64,000 bases of DNA. Source: Promethearchaeota archaeon (GTDB lineage Archaea; Asgardarchaeota; Lokiarchaeia; Sigyniarchaeales; SOKP01). Numbering within the stretch: the first letter of the stretch is position 1; every line of letters begins with the position of its first letter. The position numbers and the translations under genes were made by a program. The DNA lies in the NCBI GenBank assembly GCA_048940925.1, contig JBHLOC010000027.1, positions 1 to 64,000 on the forward strand, read 5' to 3'. The notes under the pieces were generated by a model, which saw only the letters and a list, made by a program, of their open reading frames with translations, did not search any database and was not told the origin of the DNA. This document shows, in pieces, positions 42,547 through 51,356 of the stretch.

Positions 42547-44739
42547 ATGCCCCAAAGAAGAAAAGAAATCTCAGAGATCCTAAACTTGATGGGAGACACT
42601 GCTAAAGTGAGATGTACGGCTTTGGTTGGTCATATTGACCATGGTAAGACCACCTTATCTGATTCTCTCCTCAGTGAAGCGGGTTTCTTATCTCCAGATT
42701 TAGCAGGTGAGGCTAGAGCTTTAGATTTTCTTGAAGAAGAGCAACAACGTGGTATCACTATGAAATCAGCAAATATATCACTTTATTATGAAAAATCTCT
42801 CGAGGAACATGAGCCATTCCTTATAAATTTAGTAGATACACCGGGTCATTTGGATTTTAGTGGAAAAGTCACTCGCGCATTAAGATTGGTTGATGGGGTT
42901 GTTGTAGTAGTAGATGCTGTTGAGGAAGTAATCACGCAATCTGAAACTGTTATTAAGCAAGCCTTACAAGAGGGAGTGAAACCTGTTTTATTTATAAATA
43001 AGGTTGATCGCTTAATCAGAGAATTAAAGCTTACTGATGAAGAGATAAGAGAAAAATATGTGAGAATAATTAAAGCATTTAACACTTTAATCGAAAGATA
43101 TGCAGATCCCCCTTTCAATAAAAGATGGAAAGTTTCACCATTAGCTGGAAATGTTGCCTTTGGCTCAGCTCTTCATAAATGGGGTTTTACATTAAAAATA
43201 TTAGAAAAAAGCAAATTAAAATTCAAGGACATTAGAGAAAGATATAATAAAGATACTTACACCAAAGAAAGTTACGTTGATTTAGCAATATACTTTCCAA
43301 TTCATAAGGCAATTTTGGAAATGGTTGTTGATCATTTACCAAATCCAATAGAAGCGCAAAGATATAGAATAGAAAAAATTTGGGATGGTAATATCAATTC
43401 TGATTTAGGTCAAACTATGATTACTTGTAACCCGAATGGTCCATTAATAGTATGTTTAAGTAAAGTGCAGGTTGATAAACATGGATTAGTCGCAACAGGG
43501 AGAATCTTTTCAGGAAGTTGTGAGAAAAAAAATGAAATCTTTTTGATAAATGAAAATCAGTATGATAGAATTCAACGAATTGCCATTTTCATGGGGCAAA
43601 GAAGGGAACAAGTGGAAAAAATCCCTGTTGGGAATATTATAGCTATTGAAGGGCTTAAAAAAATTAAAAGCGGTGAAACCATAATAGAGAGTCAAAGTAT
43701 TGATGGTATGGTACCCTTTGAAAGTGTAAAATATGTTACAACCCCAGTTGTTACTGTTTCAATTGAACCTGAATATCTGAGGGATCTCGACCGGATGAAA
43801 CAATTAATTGAAAATCTACTAATCGAAGACCCTAATTTGAAATTTGAAATCAATGAAGAATCTGGTGAATTTTTATTAAGTGGAGTTGGACCTCTTCATC
43901 TTGAAGTGACTGCAGATGAAATTAGAAAAAGAGGTGTAGAAGTTTTCATCTCTGAACCCAGAGCTGTGTTCAAAGAATCATGTCGCTACAAATCTTCTTT
44001 GATTTCAATAGAATCTCCTAATGGTAGGGGATTTTTAAAATTGAGAATTGAAAGACTTGATGATAAGACAATAAGATTTTTTCGAACAATTGATTATCAT
44101 ACAGTAAAGCCTCTTAGTAAATTAAAAGAAGTCCTAAATGAAAAAACAAATTTAACAGATGAGGAAATTGAGAATTTCTGGCAATGTGATGAAGATCAAA
44201 ATATTCTGATCTATAAAGGAGATTTTAAACTAGATAAGTTTTACAAGAATACAATTTTAGAGATAATTGAAAAAATTCATTTAAGCGGTCCTTTATGTGG
44301 TGAAAAACTGACAGAAATCAAATTTATCATTTCTGAGTTAATAATTGAAAATATTGATGAAGAATCCGCCTTCTCGGAATTATCAACAATGTTCTATAAT
44401 GCTGTTAAAAAAGGATTACACGAAGCTGAATTGATATTGATGCAACCAATTTATCACACTATTATTCAACTTCCACCAGAATTCATTAAAGTGATAACCA
44501 GTTTACCTCCCAAACATTCTGCCAAAATAAAAAGTATAGATCAAGAAAAGGAATATCAAGCTATTATAGAATTATTATTACCTGTAAGAAATTCAGTTAA
44601 ATTCGCTGAAGATATTAGATCAGCGACCTCAGGAAAGGCATTTTGGCAAAATGAGTTTTATGCATTTATGGAAGTTCCAGAACATCAATCAAAAAATTTA
44701 ATTAAAGAGTTAAGATTTGTGAAAGGAATTTCATGGTAA
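42547..44739 (+). CDS. fusA: Elongation factor 2 paralog (aEF-2p-like, no diphthamide loop)
   Basis: GHIDHGKTT, RGIT, DTPGH, NKVD, G.LHLE; domain IV lacks the HRG motif. Confidence 0.85.
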   Translation: MPQRRKEISEILNLMGDTAKVRCTALVGHIDHGKTTLSDSLLSEAGFLSPDLAGEARALDFLEEEQQRGITMKSANISLYYEKSLEEHEPFLINLVDTPGHLDFSGKVTRALRLVDGVVVVVDAVEEVITQSETVIKQALQEGVKPVLFINKVDRLIRELKLTDEEIREKYVRIIKAFNTLIERYADPPFNKRWKVSPLAGNVAFGSALHKWGFTLKILEKSKLKFKDIRERYNKDTYTKESYVDLAIYFPIHKAILEMVVDHLPNPIEAQRYRIEKIWDGNINSDLGQTMITCNPNGPLIVCLSKVQVDKHGLVATGRIFSGSCEKKNEIFLINENQYDRIQRIAIFMGQRREQVEKIPVGNIIAIEGLKKIKSGETIIESQSIDGMVPFESVKYVTTPVVTVSIEPEYLRDLDRMKQLIENLLIEDPNLKFEINEESGEFLLSGVGPLHLEVTADEIRKRGVEVFISEPRAVFKESCRYKSSLISIESPNGRGFLKLRIERLDDKTIRFFRTIDYHTVKPLSKLKEVLNEKTNLTDEEIENFWQCDEDQNILIYKGDFKLDKFYKNTILEIIEKIHLSGPLCGEKLTEIKFIISELIIENIDEESAFSELSTMFYNAVKKGLHEAELILMQPIYHTIIQLPPEFIKVITSLPPKHSAKIKSIDQEKEYQAIIELLLPVRNSVKFAEDIRSATSGKAFWQNEFYAFMEVPEHQSKNLIKELRFVKGISW

Positions 44740-44760
44740 ATTTAAAAAGAGCGTTATTTG

Positions 44761-46146
44761 CTATTTGCTATTTTTGATAAATTTAATCATTTCCTCTGAA
44801 ATTTGATAGTTGGAAAGTACTAAATCTGCATATCCTTTCTCAGCAGCGAATTTAGGCATAGCATAAAGAATACTCGTTTGTTCAGATTCTGCGATTGTTT
44901 TTCCACCAACCTTTTTAATAGCATGTAATCCCTCAACGCCATCAGATCCCATTCCTGTTAGTAAAATTCCCAAACATCGATTCTTATAGAGTTTTGCTGC
45001 CGAAAAAAACAGGACATCAATAGAAGGCATACAAAAATTAACAGGTGAACCTTTTTTTAATTTAATACAAGGTGTTTTCTTTTCAACTGAAACTTCCATA
45101 TGCTTTTCTCCTGGAGCAATGTAACCTATTCCTGATTTAAGTATTTCTCCATGATTAGATACCTTAATCTTTAATTTACATTCTAAATCTAAATTTTCAG
45201 CGAAAGCATCTGTAAAATGAGAAGATAAGTGTTGCACTACTAAGATTGGAGCTGAAAAATCACTAGGAATATCTTTAAGAATAGTTGTAATTGTTCTAGG
45301 ACCACCCACACTGGCACCGATAACGATTATATTTGATATTAAGTTAACATTATTGTCGGAGGTAAATTCAGCAAAATTAGTTGATGTTAATTTGTGATCA
45401 GGAATTAAAGAGGTTGTTTTTAATGAACCTATATTCTCTAAAGTTGAGATTTTTTCAATATTATTTGGTATCGAGATAAGTTCTTGAGCTTTTTTTCGAT
45501 TTAAGTTCGATTTCCATTTTGAAATAGCATCTAATTTTGGTAAATTACCTTTTTTAGATTTTTCATTGAAAAATTCCTTTGGTTTTGCTTTAAAAGTAAA
45601 ATTATATTCATTTATCTTGTCAACTTCCTCAATAGGTTTTAATCGATTAAGATATTGACCAAAGTCAAAGATTTCATTAACAATTTCTTGTCTAATAGTA
45701 GTTTTTTTAGTTAAAGACTTTTTCTCTTTCCTAAAAATTCTTTTTATCTGTGATTGTGAAGCTAACAGAACCTTAGCAAGTAGCTCTTTTCGAAATCGTG
45801 GTAAATCTTTTGCTCCAATGCCTCCTGGTTTAATAATATAATCAAATGCTCCCATTAACAATGCTTGAACAGAAGAATCCAAGTTTTTTGGACTTATTGC
45901 TGAAAGTATAATTGTAGGCGTTGGATGGTCTTTCATAATAATTTTAAAAGCATCTAACCCATTCATCTTGGGCATAACTAAATCCAAAACTAAGACATCT
46001 GGTCTGTGTATTCTAATTAAATTAATAGTTTCTTTCCCATCTTTAGCAAAATCTACATTATTAATGAATTCATTTTTCTTGAGAATATCTGAGATACTCT
46101 TTCTTAAAAAAGCTGAATCATCGGCCACAAGAACATCAATATTCAA
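44761..46146 (-). CDS. cheB: Chemotaxis response regulator methylesterase CheB (long linker)
   Basis: REC domain (DD, DLVMP, KP) plus GASVGG, VQH, PSID, TGMGSDG, YAMP. Confidence 0.93.
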   Translation of the reverse strand: MNIDVLVADDSAFLRKSISDILKKNEFINNVDFAKDGKETINLIRIHRPDVLVLDLVMPKMNGLDAFKIIMKDHPTPTIILSAISPKNLDSSVQALLMGAFDYIIKPGGIGAKDLPRFRKELLAKVLLASQSQIKRIFRKEKKSLTKKTTIRQEIVNEIFDFGQYLNRLKPIEEVDKINEYNFTFKAKPKEFFNEKSKKGNLPKLDAISKWKSNLNRKKAQELISIPNNIEKISTLENIGSLKTTSLIPDHKLTSTNFAEFTSDNNVNLISNIIVIGASVGGPRTITTILKDIPSDFSAPILVVQHLSSHFTDAFAENLDLECKLKIKVSNHGEILKSGIGYIAPGEKHMEVSVEKKTPCIKLKKGSPVNFCMPSIDVLFFSAAKLYKNRCLGILLTGMGSDGVEGLHAIKKVGGKTIAESEQTSILYAMPKFAAEKGYADLVLSNYQISEEMIKFIKNSK

Positions 46147-46220
46147 TTAAGTCTCCCTTAAAACCATAATTAATTAATCCAATAAATAGTAGTGTAATGA
46201 AATTTATATCTTTCTTAAAG

Positions 46221-47171
46221 CTAAAATAAACTTGAAATAAGAAAAGTAAATAATTCATCAATTCCCTGTCCAGTGAGGGCAGATGTTTCAAAAAAGGGAA
46301 TATTATATTGTTTTGCTAAGTTTTGAGCTTTTAATTTAAAATTTCCGCGACTTTCAGCTAGATCTATTTTATTTCCTACAAGAACATGCGGAATAATTTT
46401 ATTTCCTAAATATGATTGTGATTCTTCAAACCAATCAGGTATTTTTTTTATGGTATCTATATTTGAATAATCAAATAACAATAAAACAGCATTTGAATAT
46501 TCATAGTAAAATCGTCGAATTTTGGCAAAATTCTTTAAACCACCTAAATCAAATAGGTATAATTTTAAATTGTAATCCTTTGAGATTTTTAATTTTTTCT
46601 CGAAAATTGTAATGCCAATAGTGGGGCTATAGATCTCGTTAAAAACACCCTTACAATACATCTCAGTTAACGTACTTTTACCTACTGTTTCAGATCCTAA
46701 AATTGTGATTGTTTTTACAATACTTTCATTAAATCTTCCGTTAGTTAAGATTAATTTTCCTTTTTCATTTAATTTTGGAATTTTCATTGCTGTCTCAATA
46801 TTATTTAAGATAAATGATATTTTCTGAGCAGTAATATAGACATATGGTATATATTTTTCAATATTTGAATAATGGTCTGCGATTAAGACAAAAATAGCAG
46901 GTGTTCTTCTACCCAGTTCCATATAAAAAAGTTGAAATTCATTAGTATCAAATGTTCCACTCCCAAACGAGGTTTCTGCATACCTCTTAATCTTACTTAT
47001 AGTTTGTTCTAAAATAGCCATAATAGCTCCAATTAATTCTTCATCAAATGCTTTTGTCGATTGACGCGCTATAATTAAACCGTCTAAATCTACAACTAAA
47101 GCTGCTAACAAATCTTGAATTTCATCTAACAAATTACCTAATAAATCTTCCAAAACTGTTAATTTAGACAT
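46221..47171 (-). CDS. Roadblock domain-Rab/Ras-like small GTPase fusion
   Basis: N-terminal LAALVVDLDGLIIA roadblock; G1 GSETVGKS, G2 PTIG, G3 DLGG, G4 NKID, G5 ETSAL. Confidence 0.88.
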   Translation of the reverse strand: MSKLTVLEDLLGNLLDEIQDLLAALVVDLDGLIIARQSTKAFDEELIGAIMAILEQTISKIKRYAETSFGSGTFDTNEFQLFYMELGRRTPAIFVLIADHYSNIEKYIPYVYITAQKISFILNNIETAMKIPKLNEKGKLILTNGRFNESIVKTITILGSETVGKSTLTEMYCKGVFNEIYSPTIGITIFEKKLKISKDYNLKLYLFDLGGLKNFAKIRRFYYEYSNAVLLLFDYSNIDTIKKIPDWFEESQSYLGNKIIPHVLVGNKIDLAESRGNFKLKAQNLAKQYNIPFFETSALTGQGIDELFTFLISSLF

Positions 47172-47247
47172 TTTTAATATTTTTTATTTCTCTTCTGTAA
47201 ATTCTTATTATTTTGATATTATCTCTTAAAATTTATACCTAAGATTA

Positions 47248-47931
47248 TTATAAATTCATACTGTATTTAATATTTAGAATTTCAAATAAATTCTTTAATA
47301 GATTCAAATTTGGTATAAGACAAATTACCCCGTTTAGTTTTATTTCTTTAACTTCCAACATTGTCTTAATTATTATAGAATAATCAGAAATTTGAGAATA
47401 TTTCGCTATAATGTAGTTTAGCATGGCATTTACATTATCAAGTGCAATCTGTGGAAAGGTGGGAATCAATTTAGTCGATAGTAAATCAGCTAAACTATTT
47501 GAATAATGACCAGCTAAAATACTTCCTATTTCTTTTATGATGCTGTGAGAAAATTCATCTAAATCGCTAAGTAGTTTTATTTTGTCAGCTGATAATTTTT
47601 CATATACCGTTAAATTATTTATTAAATTAATTATTGAATCCTTAGAGTAAACCTGAACTATTGTTAATTGAGATTCTTCATTAATATTTGAGATTATTCC
47701 AAATACATTATTTTTTTTGTTATTAAACAACTCAGGGATTTCCCAAAATGGAATGATATTTACTGATGTTAAAGATACTTCAACATTGTTATCTAGTAAT
47801 TTTGAAAGAGCTGTAATAGCATGCCCCGAACCTATATTTCCTAGCTCTTTTAATAAATCAAGTTGCTCTGGAGTTAGTTCTACATCTACATAATTCTTTA
47901 TATCATTTTTATTTTTTCTCATTTTTCTCAT
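47248..47931 (-). CDS. cheC: CheY-P phosphatase CheC
   Basis: DLLKELGNIGSGHAITALS; second site EIGSILAG. Confidence 0.88.
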   Translation of the reverse strand: MRKMRKNKNDIKNYVDVELTPEQLDLLKELGNIGSGHAITALSKLLDNNVEVSLTSVNIIPFWEIPELFNNKKNNVFGIISNINEESQLTIVQVYSKDSIINLINNLTVYEKLSADKIKLLSDLDEFSHSIIKEIGSILAGHYSNSLADLLSTKLIPTFPQIALDNVNAMLNYIIAKYSQISDYSIIIKTMLEVKEIKLNGVICLIPNLNLLKNLFEILNIKYSMNL

Positions 47932-47947
47932 TTTTTAGAAATTTTTA

Positions 47948-48487
47948 TTAAAGTTTTTTAAACTCACTTTCTCCGCTTGATCTTACTAAAACGGAATAAT
48001 TATGTGTGTTAAATATAATTACTCTTCCAGAGGAGCCACCTAAATCTTCATTTACAATTTTAATATCTGATTTTTTTAATTCTCTTTTTACGACTTCAAT
48101 ATTATTAGTGCCAATTATATTCTCATCTAAATCGAAAATTTTAGACCCTCCAACGATAATTGCTCTTATATTTTCAATTTTAGCTCCATGTGAAATCAGT
48201 TCATTCTTTAATAATTGTACTGACAGATCAGCATATTTATGAGGATAGTTTATTTTTTTCTTCGTATCTGCTTTTGGGAGTAAAATATGAGACATAGCAC
48301 CGACTTTATTATTCTTATCATACAGGATAAGAGCAATACAAGAACCTAATCCGTAAATTGAAATTTTAATATGCACATTAGATGATTTGTATTTACTATT
48401 GACTAGTGCATAGTGGCCTATTGGAAGGATAATTACACCATCTCTTCCAGTTTTTTCTATACGGCCAATTTGTTCTTCTTCACTCAC
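47948..48487 (-). CDS. cheD: Chemoreceptor glutamine deamidase CheD
   Basis: GLGSCI, HILLP, KYAD, GGSKIF, IG..N, EDLGG.SGR. Confidence 0.92.
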   Translation of the reverse strand: MSEEEQIGRIEKTGRDGVIILPIGHYALVNSKYKSSNVHIKISIYGLGSCIALILYDKNNKVGAMSHILLPKADTKKKINYPHKYADLSVQLLKNELISHGAKIENIRAIIVGGSKIFDLDENIIGTNNIEVVKRELKKSDIKIVNEDLGGSSGRVIIFNTHNYSVLVRSSGESEFKKL

Positions 48488-48513
48488 TTTTTAATATTCC
48501 TTTTCATAAATTA

Positions 48514-49653
48514 TTAATTATTCGTGTTTATTGTAAACTTAGAACTAAATTTCATCATATAATCTTTAATTTTATAATTGGGACATACTATTTGGGCAGC
48601 TCCTCTTTTTATTGCCGCTTTAGGCATACCATATACTACACAAGTTTGTTCTGCTTCAGCAATAGTTTTTCCTCCTTCATTTTTGATAGATTCAAGACCT
48701 GCAGCACCATCATCCCCCAATCCAGTTAAAAGGATCCCCAAAACTTGCTTTTTACATGTTTCTGCGGCTGACAAGAATAAAATATCAACAGATGGCATAC
48801 AGAAATTGACTGGTTCTCCTTTAAATATTTTAATATGTGGAGTATTGTTTCTCACAATTATTTTCATATGTTTTCCTCCAGGACTAAGATACGCTTTTCC
48901 AGGAATAATTTCTTCACCATTAACTGGTATTTTTACTTCGATCTTGCAAATATTATTTAATGATTTTGCAAGTTCTTTCATGAAAAAAGAATTTAAATGT
49001 TGAACAATAAGTATTGGGCAAGGAAAGTCTTTAGGTATATCTTTTAGAATTGATTTTAGCGTTCGAGGTCCACCAGTACTAGTTCCTATTACTATAATAT
49101 TAAGTTTGATTTTAGGTATTGATGGCTTACTTAAAACAGTTGATTTTGCTGAATCCAATGATACGCTAATCCTACTTGGATGATGAGTTGATTGTATTTC
49201 TGATTGAAGATCTACTGATTTTTTTATTAAATCTGTACGCTTTTCATATGTTTTTTTAATTTTAGCCGCATATAAAATACTTGAAATTAGTTTTTTTTTA
49301 AACTTCGGAAATTCTTCTTTCCAATATCCCTGTGGTTTTAAGATAAAATCGAATGCTCCTAAAAGTAGAGCTTGAACAGAATCATCTAACGATCGAGGAT
49401 TAAGTCCTGTAAATACAATTGTCGGAACGGGGTAATGTTCCGACAGAAATTTAAGGACAGAGATCCCATCAACTTCCGGCATTATAAGATCTAATAAAAG
49501 TACATCAGGATTATGTTTCCCAATTTTTTGAATTGCCTCTCGTCCATTTCGTGCAGTATCAACCACTTCGATATTTTGGTGAGATGAGATCATTTCTGTT
49601 ATTACTTTTCTTTGATAACTAGAATCTTCAGCAAGTATCACCTTAATTAACAT
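48514..49653 (-). CDS. cheB: Chemotaxis response regulator methylesterase CheB
   Basis: REC domain (DLIMP) plus GTSTGGP, VQH, PSVD, TGLGDDG, YGMP. Confidence 0.93.
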   Translation of the reverse strand: MLIKVILAEDSSYQRKVITEMISSHQNIEVVDTARNGREAIQKIGKHNPDVLLLDLIMPEVDGISVLKFLSEHYPVPTIVFTGLNPRSLDDSVQALLLGAFDFILKPQGYWKEEFPKFKKKLISSILYAAKIKKTYEKRTDLIKKSVDLQSEIQSTHHPSRISVSLDSAKSTVLSKPSIPKIKLNIIVIGTSTGGPRTLKSILKDIPKDFPCPILIVQHLNSFFMKELAKSLNNICKIEVKIPVNGEEIIPGKAYLSPGGKHMKIIVRNNTPHIKIFKGEPVNFCMPSVDILFLSAAETCKKQVLGILLTGLGDDGAAGLESIKNEGGKTIAEAEQTCVVYGMPKAAIKRGAAQIVCPNYKIKDYMMKFSSKFTINTNN

Positions 49654-49665
49654 TAGAATTTCACC

Positions 49666-50730
49666 TTATCCTGTCTTTAGATAGATTTGATTCCGAGAAT
49701 CAATTAATTTTAAAGATTTATGAGTATTAAATATAGATTCTGTTTTACCTAATATTAGCAAACCTCCAGTTGCTAACTCTTTTTCGATGATTTCTAAAAA
49801 TCTAATTCGTGCTTTTCGGCTAATATAAATTAGGAGATATCTACAAAAGATAATATCATATTTTATGGATTTCTTGTGACCTTTTGTAAGATCTTCTTCT
49901 ATAAATTCAACATAATTTTTAATCTTGTTACTAACTGAAAATTTATCTCGAAAATATCCGTGGATTTTAGTAAAATAATTAAGTATAAACAAATTTGAAA
50001 CTTCATTTAAAGCACTTTCATTATATATACCTATATTTGCTCTATTAAGTGCATCCTTATCTATATCTGAAGCAATAATTTTAAATTGGGGTAAATAAGA
50101 TATTTGTCTTTTTAAGTTATCTAAAACCATTGCTATTGAAAACGGTTCTTCACCAGATGCACAGGGACATGACCAAATATGTATAATATTATTAGAATCT
50201 GATTGTGTCCATACTTTTCTATAAATTGATGTTTTTTTGATAAATGATAAAGCTAGCTGAGAATTTGAAAATTTTATGTGTCTATATTTATCATCGTTTA
50301 TTGATGTATTTTTATATAAAACTTCTGTTTCTATTTTGTTGTTAGTTTTTCTTTTTGAATTCGGCTCCATATCACTTATTATAGCTTTTCTATCAAGATT
50401 TAAAGTTTTTAAGAAGAAGTTTTCAAATTGTTTAAATACTTCCCAATTTCTAAAGAAACAAGAATAATTAATATTAAAACTATCTAGAAATTTTTGAATT
50501 TCTAAGGGATTATCTTTTATATAATAATAATATGAATGAAGCGTGGAACAGTTAACACGGATCATTCGAGCTTTTATTCTACGCTTAACAAAGTTATCAC
50601 GATAATATCCAAAATCCAAATTTGTTTCATGACTTAGAAAATCAAGTAAAAGATTATAATAGTCTTCATCAAATGTAATATTTTCAATCCTTATCACATG
50701 AAACACTTTATTTTTCGAGAATTTTTTCAA
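49666..50730 (-). CDS. cheR: Chemotaxis methyltransferase CheR (with insertion)
   Basis: VKRRI..RM, FFRN, IWSCPCASGEEPFS, ASDID, DIIFCR.LLIY, LILGKTES. Confidence 0.9.
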   Translation of the reverse strand: MKKFSKNKVFHVIRIENITFDEDYYNLLLDFLSHETNLDFGYYRDNFVKRRIKARMIRVNCSTLHSYYYYIKDNPLEIQKFLDSFNINYSCFFRNWEVFKQFENFFLKTLNLDRKAIISDMEPNSKRKTNNKIETEVLYKNTSINDDKYRHIKFSNSQLALSFIKKTSIYRKVWTQSDSNNIIHIWSCPCASGEEPFSIAMVLDNLKRQISYLPQFKIIASDIDKDALNRANIGIYNESALNEVSNLFILNYFTKIHGYFRDKFSVSNKIKNYVEFIEEDLTKGHKKSIKYDIIFCRYLLIYISRKARIRFLEIIEKELATGGLLILGKTESIFNTHKSLKLIDSRNQIYLKTG

Positions 50731-51262
50731 TTTCAGTAAAGCGTTGTTGAATATGGTCCATAGTGTATTTAATATGTTGCTGCATTTCCTTAATTTCCGA
50801 TAAAATTTTTTTTATTTGAGATTTCTGTATTTTTGCTAAAAATCTTTCTCCTACAAGAGAAGATATTTGATGAGTTTTATCTATTGTTACACTTGGGATT
50901 TTGACTTCTGAAATTTCAGTCTGAGTTATATTATTTCTAGATTCTCCTGGATAACTCAAGTGAAATCTATTTTCTTTTATTTCTTGAAAAATAATATTAA
51001 ATTCAGAGGGTTCAATTCCTTGTTTAATAACTTCATATTTAAAATTATAGAATTTTTTTTTAGTTTTTAGCTTTCCTGCCCAATTCGCGGCCATATAACG
51101 GTGAAATAAACGTGAGTTACTACCCGACCAAATCCAGATTAATTTGAAGTCCTTATCAATAATTAAATAAACTCCATTAGGTTCAAACATCTTTTCAGGT
51201 TTCCCCTTTATTGTTTCGCCATCTACTTTAAAAATGTATTCAAAATACTCACTTTTTAACAT
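50708..51262 (-). CDS. Gelsolin-like domain protein with C-terminal coiled coil
   Basis: GVYLIIDKDFKLIWIWSGSNS...A..WA...YEVIKQGIEPSEF matches the gelsolin repeat consensus. Confidence 0.78.
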   Translation of the reverse strand: MLKSEYFEYIFKVDGETIKGKPEKMFEPNGVYLIIDKDFKLIWIWSGSNSRLFHRYMAANWAGKLKTKKKFYNFKYEVIKQGIEPSEFNIIFQEIKENRFHLSYPGESRNNITQTEISEVKIPSVTIDKTHQISSLVGERFLAKIQKSQIKKILSEIKEMQQHIKYTMDHIQQRFTEIEKILEK

Positions 51263-51356
51263 TTTTTAAATTTTAACCTCTATTCGATGTCTTTAATAAC
51301 CTTTAGAATCTAAAAAAGTACTCATAGTAGAAAAGTTTTGAATTTCGCAAAAAAAA

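Noticed and set aside
50708-50830. QQ pairs in the gelsolin coiled-coil tail as CheD/CheR sites
   Set aside because: They lack the small-residue context of MCP methylation sites
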